64,000 nucleotides of DNA from Candidatus Nomurabacteria bacterium (GCA_052035195.1 JBPOHU010000009.1:34107-98106), one strand, 5' to 3'; shown: positions 49,305-58,970, counted from the stretch's first letter. The notes: a model not told the origin generated them from the sequence alone. Numbers and translations: made by a program.

Positions 49305-49377
49305 GAAATCAGTTTTTCATCACTTTACTAGAAAATCCGTTTTTGTCAAAAGTCATTTTTCTTGCTAAAGTAAACAC

Positions 49378-50826
49378 ATGGAAAATACTCAAAAAGTCGT
49401 CACTCGCTTCGCCCCGAGCCCAACAGGTTTTGTTCACATAGGAGGTATACGTACAGCTCTCTTTGCTTATCTTTTAGCTCGTAAATATGGTGGAAAATTT
49501 ATTCTTAGAATAGAAGACACGGACCGTGCTCGTGTGGTTGATGGTTCACTTGAACATATTCAAGAGTCTTTAAAATGGCTTGGTCTTAATTGGGATTTTG
49601 GACCTGACAAACCAGGATCATTTGGTTCTACTATTCAATCAGAACGTCGTGACACTTATATTCCTTGGGCACAAAAACTTATTGAAAAAGGTTTGGCTTA
49701 TCCTGACCCTTATACACCAGAAGAAGTAGAAGCATTTAGACAAAAAGCTCAAGAAGAAAAAAGAGCATTCTTATATAGAGAACATAGACCAGAAACATTT
49801 GGTGTTTGGGATGGAAAAACTGCGCTTAGATATAAGGTTCCAGAAATCAAGCGTTATGATTGGTATGATGAAGCTCGAGGAAGATTGTCAGCTGGCCCAG
49901 AAGCATTAGACGATATCATTATCATGAAAGCTGATGGCTATCCTGTTTATGCTTTTGCTCATATTATTGATGATTACAATATGGGAGTTACTCATATATT
50001 GCGCTCTGATGAATGGATATCAAGTGTTCCTCGTTTTTTGAGTTTGTATGAATCATTAGAAATACCACCTCCAATACAAGCTACTTTGCCACCGATATTG
50101 CGAGATGATCGTACAAAAAAGCTCGGAAAAAGAGATGGCGCAAAAGATGTTCTTGATTATAAAAAGGAAGGATATTTGCCGGCCGCTATACTTAACTATC
50201 TTGCGCTTATTGGATGGAATCCAGGAACAGACCAGGAGTTATTTACTCTCGAAGAGTTGATACAAGCATTTTCTCTTGATCGTATTCAAAAAGCCGGAGG
50301 AGCATTTAATGAAGAGAAACTTGATTGGTTCAACAGAGAATATATTAAGAAGCTCTCAACAGAAGAGTTTTGGGATTATGCCAAGCCTTGGATACCAGAT
50401 AATTACAAAAATACTGAGCTTGCCGAAGTATTGAAAAAACTAGAATCAATTATTCGCGACAGAATAGAGAAGTTTGCAGATGTAAAAACTTTGTTTGAAG
50501 GGGCTAGTCCTGAGCTTGCCGAAGGAGAGATGGATTACTTTTTCAAAGCTCCAAAGGTAGATGATGCGATGTTATTTTGGAAAGACTCAACTCTTGAAAA
50601 AGCTCATGAATTTCTTAAGGAAATAAAATCTATTTTGAAAGATTTAGAATCTTGGGATTATGAAAGTATCAAAGGCGCTATTTGGCCTTATGCAGACAAA
50701 GAGGGTAGAGGAGCAGTGTTGTGGCCTATGCGGGTAGCTCTTTCAGGGAAAGAGAAGTCACCAGACCCATTTGAGATAGCAAGTATTTTGGGCAAAGAAG
50801 AGACTTTGAAAAGGTTGACTTTTTAA
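49378..50826 (+). CDS. gltX: glutamate--tRNA ligase
   Basis: RFAPSPTG..HIGG, LRIEDTD, KLGKR, YLAL.GW. Confidence 0.97.
   Translation: MENTQKVVTRFAPSPTGFVHIGGIRTALFAYLLARKYGGKFILRIEDTDRARVVDGSLEHIQESLKWLGLNWDFGPDKPGSFGSTIQSERRDTYIPWAQKLIEKGLAYPDPYTPEEVEAFRQKAQEEKRAFLYREHRPETFGVWDGKTALRYKVPEIKRYDWYDEARGRLSAGPEALDDIIIMKADGYPVYAFAHIIDDYNMGVTHILRSDEWISSVPRFLSLYESLEIPPPIQATLPPILRDDRTKKLGKRDGAKDVLDYKKEGYLPAAILNYLALIGWNPGTDQELFTLEELIQAFSLDRIQKAGGAFNEEKLDWFNREYIKKLSTEEFWDYAKPWIPDNYKNTELAEVLKKLESIIRDRIEKFADVKTLFEGASPELAEGEMDYFFKAPKVDDAMLFWKDSTLEKAHEFLKEIKSILKDLESWDYESIKGAIWPYADKEGRGAVLWPMRVALSGKEKSPDPFEIASILGKEETLKRLTF
50412..50526 (+). repeat. two in-frame REP-like hairpins inside gltX
   Basis: TACT-GAGCTTGCCGA-AGTA (50412-50430) and TCCT-GAGCTTGCCGA-AGGA (50508-50526); intergenic copy on the minus strand at 18264-18284. 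Confidence 0.75.
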
Positions 50827-50841
50827 ATCAAAAATGCTATA

Positions 50842-51300
50842 ATGCTAGTCGATAAACCCATTTGTTCTAAAAAAATTAAATTTATTCTTATGAGCCCTTT
50901 TGCAACTATTTCTGATATGCCTTTTTCAAAGGAAGATCGACTTGGACTGTTCTTGATCCTTATTGAATGCAGGACAGCTACAAAGGTCAATATTGATAAA
51001 GAGACAGCAGAACTTGGCCTCATCAAGATACTTTTGATGAGGATAGGTTTTTTCTTTTCAGAAATAAAAACACCAGAAGATTCAAAAACCATTTGCATGG
51101 CCGTATCAAAAACAAAAAGCTGCGCAGATGAGCTTAAGAAAGCTGTTGAAACAAAAGACCAGGTAAAATTTAAGGAATTATCAGGCTACCAACCCGTATT
51201 CCCCTTAGAAAAAAACCACGAATCACTTATTAAAATGCTAAGAGAAAAGGCTCCTAGTCTTTATAAAGATTTCGCTCCAACAGTCCTTAGGGTGGCATAG
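50842..51300 (+). CDS. hypothetical protein
   Basis: ORF followed by a terminator; true start may be MSPFA (50890) because the first ATG overlaps the -10 box. Confidence 0.6.
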   Translation: MLVDKPICSKKIKFILMSPFATISDMPFSKEDRLGLFLILIECRTATKVNIDKETAELGLIKILLMRIGFFFSEIKTPEDSKTICMAVSKTKSCADELKKAVETKDQVKFKELSGYQPVFPLEKNHESLIKMLREKAPSLYKDFAPTVLRVA

Positions 51301-51393
51301 TGCCACAAAGAAATTACGGAAGCCGTTTGATATCAAACGGCTTTTTTGTTTCTTGAAAATAAAAATTGCACCGATTTTGCGGTGCAATTTACT

Positions 51394-51846
51394 TTAGTTA
51401 AGTTGGGCGTTGAAGTCTTGTTCAGTTTCGTCCTCTTTCTTCAAAGAGTACGTTGCCATATCAAACTTCAAAGATAATAAAATAATAATTTGAATAGGTT
51501 TTCCTCCTTGGATAGTACCAAAAATAACCCAGCAATCCGGAAACACTACTTTTTCAAAGAAGTAAGCCCCAGCCCTTAGTATCCCGGATGTGCTACTTTT
51601 AGAAAAAACACTTTGAGTATTTAGTTTTGAGTCAGTTGTTATCTTTGTTTTTAAAAGTTTCGGAGGAAAAGCATTTTCAATGATCAATCTCAACTTTCTT
51701 TTGCCAAATTCTGGATTATCAGGATGAGAAACTATAGCTTCCATAGGAAAAGATCTTATCAGTCCCTTTGAGAGCAGTTCGAGTTGTTCTATTTGAGACT
51801 CGAAAGATATCATGCCTGTAGAGGGGAAGGTGCCTTTTTGTATCAT
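51394..51846 (-). CDS. hypothetical protein
   Basis: 150-aa ORF with its own TTGACA promoter and terminator (51361-51390). Confidence 0.65.
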   Translation of the reverse strand: MIQKGTFPSTGMISFESQIEQLELLSKGLIRSFPMEAIVSHPDNPEFGKRKLRLIIENAFPPKLLKTKITTDSKLNTQSVFSKSSTSGILRAGAYFFEKVVFPDCWVIFGTIQGGKPIQIIILLSLKFDMATYSLKKEDETEQDFNAQLN

Positions 51847-51950
51847 TACTATAAATTTTAATGTGGTTTAAAGATATAATACAGTAAATATATAAAATGT
51901 CAAATAAAAAGAATTGTAAAAGGTTTTGAAATGTGGGAGTATATAGAAAT

Positions 51951-52202
51951 ATGAAACAAGAAATTTTTCCACAAAACAACGAAGGGGTATCACTAGAAGA
52001 AGCTCTAGCAGCTATTTCAGCTGTTAACTCTGAGCTTATTGGTTTCCAAGCTAGTCAAGAAGCTTTCAATGAAGTGGCTTTACTCAAGGAGCGCCTAGAA
52101 GGAGGTGAGTCTCCAACTCTTATTATGAAAGAAGCAGAAGACCTCAGAGACCTTGCGCAGCTAGCTCATAACTCATCAGAGAGTCTAGACGTAGCTGCTT
52201 AA
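51951..52202 (+). CDS. small acidic hypothetical protein
   Basis: ATG start MKQEIF; terminator at 52215-52253. Confidence 0.65.
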   Translation: MKQEIFPQNNEGVSLEEALAAISAVNSELIGFQASQEAFNEVALLKERLEGGESPTLIMKEAEDLRDLAQLAHNSSESLDVAA

Positions 52203-52343
52203 ATACATCTATTTTAAAAAAGCGGTTTTGACTAAAGCCAAAACCGCTTTTTTGTATTCCAAAACATCTCTTAATCTAGCAATCTCAAAGCTTATTTTTT
52301 GGCTTGGAAAAACCCCTAAAATGTGGGATAGTTGTTAGATACT

Positions 52344-54746
52344 ATGAGTCTTTACGAAAAGCTTACAAGTGCAAAAAGCGAAGAGGACGTAAAGGATGCT
52401 TACATAAAAGCTATAGGACTTAAAGACGTAAATAAAGGTCTTATTGATATTCGAACAGATCGTGTATGGTTTGAAGCCAAAGATAAAGGGAATACTACTA
52501 CTTATGAGATGTTTACTCAGCTATTACACTATGTGCAAATGGCTCGAGATAAAGGAGAAAAGATACCTGCTATTTTGTGCGTCATTGATACCAAAAAAGC
52601 AGCAATAATGAAAACAGAAGATGCTCTGCCGTTACTTGAAAAAAAAGAAATTAAATGGGGTAAATCAGCAAGTAATTATACACAAGAAGCACTTGAGATG
52701 GTTTCTACATATATTGGTACTTATTTTGTTTCATACAATATTGCAACTCACGAAAAAGAATTTATTGAAGCTATTCGTAGCGCTATTAAAACAGGAGAGA
52801 TTATTCGTACTCAGATAACCCCAGACAATCTTAAACAAGTATTTGATAAATGGATTGATATGATTGGTAAAGAGATCAAAGATGTTGATGCTGAAAAATA
52901 CTCTTTACTGTTTTTTGCTGACATTATGCACGATGGTACAGTTTCTACTCATAAGGATTTACCAGCAAGTCTTATATATAAAGACGGGGTTCCTGCATTT
53001 GCGCTTGGAGGTACCATTTATGAACTTGGTAGTAAAGAAGGTTATAGAAAGTTTTGGGCTATTTATGACAAACCACCAAAACAAGAACATAGAGATTATC
53101 TTCTCGAGAGACGTGACAGCTTGATCCCCATTGATGAGCGTAGTTTCAAAGGTGCTTATTACACACCGCTTCACGTTGTAGATAAGGCTTATGATAAATT
53201 AACCGAAACACTAGGGGATAATTGGCAACAAGAATATATTGTTTGGGATATGTGTTGTGGGGTTGGAAATTTAGAGGTAAAACATTCAAACCCTCGTAAT
53301 ATTTATATGAGTACTCTCGATGCTCCTGATATAGACGTGATGCGTGCTACAAAAACATGTGTTGCTGCTACAAAGTTTCAATATAATTACCTAAACGACG
53401 ATATCGCTGATGATGGTAAGATTGACTATAATCTTACAAACAAAGTTCCTGAAAGTTTGCGTAAGGCCATTAAAGACGGAAAGAAAATTTTAGTTTTGAT
53501 TAATCCACCATATGCAGAAGCAACTAATGCAGATAATACCTCTAAGGGTAGTGATGCTGAAAATAAAACCGGAGTAGCAAAAACAAAATTTGCCAAAACA
53601 GCAATGGGTGAATATGGAAAGGCAAGTAATGAACTCTTTACACAATTTATTGTTCGAATCGCACAAGAAATACCAACAGCAACTTTAGCAATTTTTAGTA
53701 AACTTAAATATATTAACTCTCAAACACTTGATGTTTTTAGAGATAAATGGAACTCTAGTTATTTAGGAGGTTTTATAGTTCACAGTAAAGCATTCGATGG
53801 TTTAAAAGGGGAGTTTCCAATCGGCTTTCTTATTTGGAAAACATATTCAAGTATAGACGGCAAGACACCTATAATTAAAATTACTACAGAAGTTTTAGAT
53901 AAGAATGCAAGACCAATCGGAGAGAAAACTTTTTATAATTTATCCAGCGACCAATTGTTAACTAATTGGGTAGTAAGACCAAAAGCAAATAAAATAGATA
54001 CTGTTCCTTTAAAAAATACTATAACACCAGCTACTTCTGATAAGGATTTACGTGGTACAAAGTGGTCTGATAATGCGATTGCTTGGTTAAATTGTCCTGG
54101 TAATGAAACACAACAAACAAATTCAATAGCACTACTATCTTCAGGTTTTAGTAGCGGTAGAGGATTCTTTCTTAATAAAAATAATTTATGGCAGGCATCA
54201 ATTATTTTTACTGTTCGTCGTATTATAAAACCGACTTGGCAAAATGATCGGGATCAATTTTTGCAACCAACAGGTGAGCTTAGTGAAGAATTTAAAAATG
54301 ATTGTTTAGTCTGGATGCTTTTTAATGGAAGTAATCTCACCGCAAGTGCAAATGACCTTGAGTGGAATGGAAAAAAGTGGAGTATTGTAAATCACTTCAT
54401 ACCTTTTACTGAAGAAGAAGTTATAGCTACTGGTCGTTTTGAATCTAATTTCATGGTTGAGTATATGAAAGGGAAGGAATTTTCATCAGAGGCTCGTGCT
54501 GTAATCGAAGAAGGTAAGAAGTTGTGGCAAGCATATTTTTCACACACAGATGAGAGAAATGTAAGAGACGAACTTAAACTCAATCGTCCTGATGTAGGAT
54601 GGTATCAAATAAGAAACGCCTTAAAGAAACGTAATGAAAGCGCTGATTTGCCACCAGTGAGTTTTTCTAGTTTTGAAAAAGCATACAAAGAACTTTCACA
54701 AAAATTAGAACCACAAGTCTACGAATTAGGTTTTCTTAAAAAATAG
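52344..54746 (+). CDS. fused endonuclease / N6-adenine DNA methyltransferase (type IIG restriction-modification-like)
   Basis: N-terminal SEEDV...D.....WFEAK (PD-(D/E)xK-like), GAYYTP, DMCCGVGNL motif I, NPPY motif IV, long C-terminal putative target-recognition region. Confidence 0.8.
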   Translation: MSLYEKLTSAKSEEDVKDAYIKAIGLKDVNKGLIDIRTDRVWFEAKDKGNTTTYEMFTQLLHYVQMARDKGEKIPAILCVIDTKKAAIMKTEDALPLLEKKEIKWGKSASNYTQEALEMVSTYIGTYFVSYNIATHEKEFIEAIRSAIKTGEIIRTQITPDNLKQVFDKWIDMIGKEIKDVDAEKYSLLFFADIMHDGTVSTHKDLPASLIYKDGVPAFALGGTIYELGSKEGYRKFWAIYDKPPKQEHRDYLLERRDSLIPIDERSFKGAYYTPLHVVDKAYDKLTETLGDNWQQEYIVWDMCCGVGNLEVKHSNPRNIYMSTLDAPDIDVMRATKTCVAATKFQYNYLNDDIADDGKIDYNLTNKVPESLRKAIKDGKKILVLINPPYAEATNADNTSKGSDAENKTGVAKTKFAKTAMGEYGKASNELFTQFIVRIAQEIPTATLAIFSKLKYINSQTLDVFRDKWNSSYLGGFIVHSKAFDGLKGEFPIGFLIWKTYSSIDGKTPIIKITTEVLDKNARPIGEKTFYNLSSDQLLTNWVVRPKANKIDTVPLKNTITPATSDKDLRGTKWSDNAIAWLNCPGNETQQTNSIALLSSGFSSGRGFFLNKNNLWQASIIFTVRRIIKPTWQNDRDQFLQPTGELSEEFKNDCLVWMLFNGSNLTASANDLEWNGKKWSIVNHFIPFTEEEVIATGRFESNFMVEYMKGKEFSSEARAVIEEGKKLWQAYFSHTDERNVRDELKLNRPDVGWYQIRNALKKRNESADLPPVSFSSFEKAYKELSQKLEPQVYELGFLKK

Positions 54747-54751
54747 TTTTT

Positions 54752-55555
54752 ATGACTAAGCATTATTATTTATATATTGATGATTCAGGATCAAGGTTTC
54801 CGGATAAAAATTCTGAAAAAAGAAATGATGGAATGGATCATTTTGCTTTAGGTGGAATTTTAGTTGAGAGTAATAATAGAGATGTTTTAAAGAAAAAATA
54901 TATTGAATTTTGTCAAAAATGGCAAATTCATTACCCTTTACATTCAACTGAAATTAGAGGAATGAGAAGAAGTTTTTCTTGGCTTGAAAAAAGCTCAAAA
55001 CAAAAAGATAAATTTTTAGAAGAACTAACTAATTTTTTAGTAGAGATTCCAGTTATAGGTTTTGCCGCAGTTATTCATAGGCCCGGGTATAATTTTCGCT
55101 ATAAATATAAATACGGAGATAAAAGATGGTGGATGTGTAAAACAACTTATTCAATTTTAATTGAAAGAGTTTCAAGGTATGTCAAAGATAATAATGGAAC
55201 TTTTGAGATTAGATTTGAGGGCGTTGGACCGAAAGAAGATAAGGCTATTATTCAGTATGCAAAAGATCTAAAAAATATAGGATCACCTTTTGATCCTTTT
55301 ACTTCTAATAAGTATAATCCTTTAAAAAAAGAAGATTATAAAAAAATTATTTTAGGAGAACCAAGGCAACGTTTTAAAGAAAATTTATTTATACAAATAG
55401 CAGATTTATATTTATATCCTATGGTAAAAAGAAAATATGACCCGTCATATAAATCATGGAATATTTTATTTGATAATAAAAAAGTGATAGATTCTTTTGT
55501 AGAAGAAATAGATTTAAATGATAAAGGAATTAAATATAGTTGTTTTGACTTTTAG
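54752..55555 (+). CDS. DUF3800-family protein (RNase H-like fold)
   Basis: LYIDDSG, F.LGGI, LHSTEIR, IQIADL motifs. Confidence 0.88.
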   Translation: MTKHYYLYIDDSGSRFPDKNSEKRNDGMDHFALGGILVESNNRDVLKKKYIEFCQKWQIHYPLHSTEIRGMRRSFSWLEKSSKQKDKFLEELTNFLVEIPVIGFAAVIHRPGYNFRYKYKYGDKRWWMCKTTYSILIERVSRYVKDNNGTFEIRFEGVGPKEDKAIIQYAKDLKNIGSPFDPFTSNKYNPLKKEDYKKIILGEPRQRFKENLFIQIADLYLYPMVKRKYDPSYKSWNILFDNKKVIDSFVEEIDLNDKGIKYSCFDF

Positions 55556-55559
55556 GTAT

Positions 55560-55635
55560 AAAGCAAAAATCCTGAGTTTCCTCAGGATTTTTTGCCGGCT
55601 CGCAAACGCGAACCCCCGGGCAATGCCCATGTCTA
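55560..55635 (-). ncRNA. candidate DUF3800-associated structured RNA, convergent with the gene
   Basis: Three hairpins; a G-U pair and a GAAA tetraloop favour the minus strand; TTGATT-16-TAATAT promoter at 55637-55664. Confidence 0.6.
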
Positions 55636-55735
55636 CATATTAACAGAATATGTAAAAAAATCAATAGCTGTGTGGATAACTTAATTATCTCTAAAACCAT
55701 GGTATTAGTCATATTCTTTTATATACTAAATAAGT

Positions 55736-56233
55736 ATGAATAAATTATTTTTTATTTTCTTAGTAATAGCTATTGGTGGAGTAATCTTGAAAGATCTTCT
55801 TGAGAGTAAACCAGAAAACAAAAAGAAAAAACTATTATATCAATATAAGAAAAAAGATTTTTTGATCACGCGAGCAGAGCACGAGTTTTTTGATATTTTG
55901 GTTGAAATATTTGGAGATAAATATCATGTGTTTACCCAAGTCCATCTTCCAACAATTCTTGAACACAAAATAAATGGGCAAAATTGGAAAGGATCTTTCA
56001 GCCATATAAATGGCAAGTCAGTAGACTTTGTTATTTGTGATAAGGAATATATAAAGCCGCTTGTAGCTATAGAACTAGACGACAAAAGTCATGAAAGGTT
56101 AGATAGGATAGAGCGCGATAGTGAAGTAGAAAGAATGCTTAAAGAAGCAGTAATGCCATTGATAAGATTCGAAAATCACGGGTCTTTTGATAAGGAAGAA
56201 ATAAATAAAACAATTTCTGAATTTTTGAAATAA
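55736..56233 (+). CDS. DUF2726-family protein (TM anchor plus nuclease-like domain)
   Basis: LIT.AE..FF, VF.QV.L, K.VDFVICD, AIELDD.SH, RD..V...L. Confidence 0.88.
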   Translation: MNKLFFIFLVIAIGGVILKDLLESKPENKKKKLLYQYKKKDFLITRAEHEFFDILVEIFGDKYHVFTQVHLPTILEHKINGQNWKGSFSHINGKSVDFVICDKEYIKPLVAIELDDKSHERLDRIERDSEVERMLKEAVMPLIRFENHGSFDKEEINKTISEFLK

Positions 56234-56278
56234 AAAAGAGATAGTTTTGAGCTATCTCTTTCGTTTTTATAAATTATT

Positions 56279-56746
56279 TTATTTAGTCTGCACGTTGGGT
56301 GCATCGTCTCCAGAGAACACTTGCGTGTCTGTATCCGGATGTTTTGCAAAAAGCTGGAAACAGAACCATGGGTGTCCGCTATTTTTAACACCACCAAGGA
56401 TCCTGAATCCTGTGTAAGAAGATCTTTCAACCTGCATAATTTCACAGACAAAATCAAAGACCTTTTGGTCACTCATTTCTCTGATTTTAGAATCAACACC
56501 GAAACCGGCGAGCCCATATTTCTTCAGACAATTCTGAGCTTCTTCCATACGCCAGCCTTCGATGCGATCCAGAAAAGCGACATTAATTTTGTCTTTTTCA
56601 GATTCAAAGGTAAGAGGGAATTTGAATTGTTTGATCAACATTCCGCTAGCATTGCCGAAGGTGCCCATTGCTGTACAGCTATAAGGTTGAGCCTTATCTA
56701 CTTCAAGTAAGTTTTTATTACCTGGTAACAAAGTACTATTTTCCAT
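56279..56746 (-). CDS. hypothetical protein
   Basis: 155-aa ORF with its own TTGACA/TATAAT promoter. Confidence 0.7.
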   Translation of the reverse strand: MENSTLLPGNKNLLEVDKAQPYSCTAMGTFGNASGMLIKQFKFPLTFESEKDKINVAFLDRIEGWRMEEAQNCLKKYGLAGFGVDSKIREMSDQKVFDFVCEIMQVERSSYTGFRILGGVKNSGHPWFCFQLFAKHPDTDTQVFSGDDAPNVQTK

Positions 56747-56828
56747 ATTTAATGTTTTTTACTATTATACATAGTATTATTAGTTTGTCAAATAAATAAG
56801 ATTTGAGTTTCTGTTATACTACGCGCAC

Positions 56829-57980
56829 ATGAAAACAAAGTTTCTACTTCTTACCACTATCTTTATCGATGTCATCGGTCTTGGGATTATCATCCCGGTA
56901 CTGCCTTTCTATGTCCAAGGCTTTGGGGTCTCGGATGCTGTAGTTACAATACTTTTTGCTATATATGCACTTTTATCATTTCTCTCAGCTCCACTTCTAG
57001 GTTCTCTGTCAGATCGTATAGGTAGGCGTCCAGTGCTTGTGATCAGTATTGCTAGTAGTGCTATAGGCTGGTTGGTTTTTGCTTCAGCTAAGGCTGTCTG
57101 GGTGCTTTTCTTGGGGCGTATTATCGACGGACTTGCAGCGGGTAATATCACAAGTGCCCAAAGTGCGCTTGCTGACATCGCCAAGACCGACAAAGAGCGT
57201 ACAGTAAATATGGGACTCTTTGGTGCGCTCTTTGGTATAGGATTTATTGTAGGGCCAGCGATAGGGGGAGCATTGTCACATATCAGTACTACTGCACCAT
57301 TTTATTTTGTTGGAATACTAGCGACACTTAATGCTATCTTTGCTTTCTTTTTCCTTCCAGAGACACATCATGCCAAAAAAGTGGGAGCACCACTATCTTT
57401 CAATCCATTTATTCCTATTCGAGACGGACTTGCTCTTCCAGAAATGCGCAAGATATTTGTGACTTGGTTTATTTTCGGTATTGCGCTTTCGCTTCAACAA
57501 GGAAGTTTCTCTCTATACCTCGCACGAGTCTTTGATATGTCGGCTGGAAATATAGGATTGCTTTTTGCTGGTATAGGGATACTGATACTTATCAATCAAC
57601 TTTTCTTGCTTCGCAAAGTTTGGTTCAAACTCGGATCTACTAGAGCAGTAGGGCAAGTGATGTTTGTAGTCTTTGGTATAGGTATGGTGCTTCAAGCAGT
57701 GCCTTTGATACTAGCTCTTATTATCGGACTTGTAGCTACAACCTTTGGACAAGGAACACTCCGTGCTGTTTATGGTGGGCTTATTGCCAATGCTGCTCCA
57801 GAGAAGCGTGGTGAATATATAGGTATATCATCGTCCCTCATGTCTCTCTCAATGGTTATAGGGCCATTTATTGCTACGTTTTTAGTAGCGAAGCATCCAA
57901 GCTTTTCTTTTGTGATTGCTGGAATACTTGGCTTTATTGCTTACTCTATTAATATCAACTGGAAGAAACGTCATTTATAG
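56829..57980 (+). CDS. MFS transporter, TetA/DHA1-like
   Basis: D..G.GIIIPVLP, G.LSDRIGRRPVL motif A, GRIIDG, GF..GP.IGG motif C. Confidence 0.92.
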   Translation: MKTKFLLLTTIFIDVIGLGIIIPVLPFYVQGFGVSDAVVTILFAIYALLSFLSAPLLGSLSDRIGRRPVLVISIASSAIGWLVFASAKAVWVLFLGRIIDGLAAGNITSAQSALADIAKTDKERTVNMGLFGALFGIGFIVGPAIGGALSHISTTAPFYFVGILATLNAIFAFFFLPETHHAKKVGAPLSFNPFIPIRDGLALPEMRKIFVTWFIFGIALSLQQGSFSLYLARVFDMSAGNIGLLFAGIGILILINQLFLLRKVWFKLGSTRAVGQVMFVVFGIGMVLQAVPLILALIIGLVATTFGQGTLRAVYGGLIANAAPEKRGEYIGISSSLMSLSMVIGPFIATFLVAKHPSFSFVIAGILGFIAYSININWKKRHL

Positions 57981-58006
57981 ATTTTCTGTAGTGGTATAAT
58001 TGGGGT

Positions 58007-58405
58007 ATGAATTACTACACAAATTATAGTGAGCTTTTGAAACCTTCTTGGGCACCACCAAGCTGGATATTTGGGCCTGTTTGGAGCGTGCTTTATTTAC
58101 TGATCGCTATTTCTTTTGGATCAGTAGTGAAAATGTTTTTTAGTAAACAAGTGCCATTTGTTGTACTATTACCATTTCTTTTGAATATTATTTTTAACAT
58201 TCTGTTTACTTGGATACAGTTTGGTTTGAAAAATCTTCCTCTTGCAAGTATAGACATACTACTCGTGCTCGGGACTTTAGTTTGGGCAATGATTGCCATA
58301 TTTCCATATGCGAAATGGATCACTTATATGCAAATACCGTATGTACTGTGGGTAGCTTTTGCAACTGCGGTACAAATCACAATTACTTTTTTAAATTATA
58401 AATAA
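58007..58405 (+). CDS. tspO: TspO/MBR family protein
   Basis: L.KPSWAPP.WIFGPVW..LY, PY..WV.FAT. Confidence 0.92.
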   Translation: MNYYTNYSELLKPSWAPPSWIFGPVWSVLYLLIAISFGSVVKMFFSKQVPFVVLLPFLLNIIFNILFTWIQFGLKNLPLASIDILLVLGTLVWAMIAIFPYAKWITYMQIPYVLWVAFATAVQITITFLNYK

Positions 58406-58614
58406 TGCTTATAAAGGTCAAAGTTTTTCCGGAGAGTAGGGAAGATAAAATAGTAGAGATAGATAAAGAAAACTACCAAGCTTTTGTTCGGGCTGGAGCT
58501 CAAAATGGTCATGCTAATAAGGAAGTCATATATTTACTTTCCAAGCATTTTGCTAAAGGGGTGAAAATGGTCTCAGGCGGCACTCGTCAAAATAAAATAT
58601 TTGAAGTGTTATAA
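58405..58614 (+). CDS. DUF167 (YggU-like) protein
   Basis: IKVKV.P.S, G.AN......L...F, SG.T...K. Confidence 0.85.
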   Translation: MLIKVKVFPESREDKIVEIDKENYQAFVRAGAQNGHANKEVIYLLSKHFAKGVKMVSGGTRQNKIFEVL

Positions 58615-58622
58615 TCACAAGC

Positions 58623-58970
58623 ATGAATCCTTTTAAGATTTTACATTTTAGAAAAATGGTAAATGAGGCTAGAAGTAATCCTAGTGGTTTGGCAGGCGAA
58701 CAAGTACGAGAAGTGCTTTGGGGTATAGTGATGATACCTTTGGTTATAGCTATCTTGATAGTCGGAGTATTTTTTATTATTGGATATACGGATATCTTGG
58801 GTTTTCAATTTGGCTTTTTCAAGTTTTTGTTTTGGGTGGCTTTGATAGTAGGGGCAACTATCTTTTCTCTTATTCGTAAAATCATTTTCTCTATCGGTCG
58901 CGGAGCTAGCCGTGGAACAAAAAGGGTGATAGACGCTGTTGTAGTAGAGGACAAAGATAGTAGTTATTAG
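58623..58970 (+). CDS. 2-TM hypothetical protein
   Basis: Two hydrophobic helices; VIDA tail. Confidence 0.7.
   Translation: MNPFKILHFRKMVNEARSNPSGLAGEQVREVLWGIVMIPLVIAILIVGVFFIIGYTDILGFQFGFFKFLFWVALIVGATIFSLIRKIIFSIGRGASRGTKRVIDAVVVEDKDSSY

Noticed and set aside
47890-49351. CRISPR array or classical integron
   Set aside because: The repeat is only 12-13 bp with ~450-500-bp gene-containing spacers; no cas genes, intI or recognisable attC structure
55671-55679. Perfect DnaA box (TGTGGATAA) as an origin marker
   Set aside because: Single isolated box with no cluster or dnaA gene nearby
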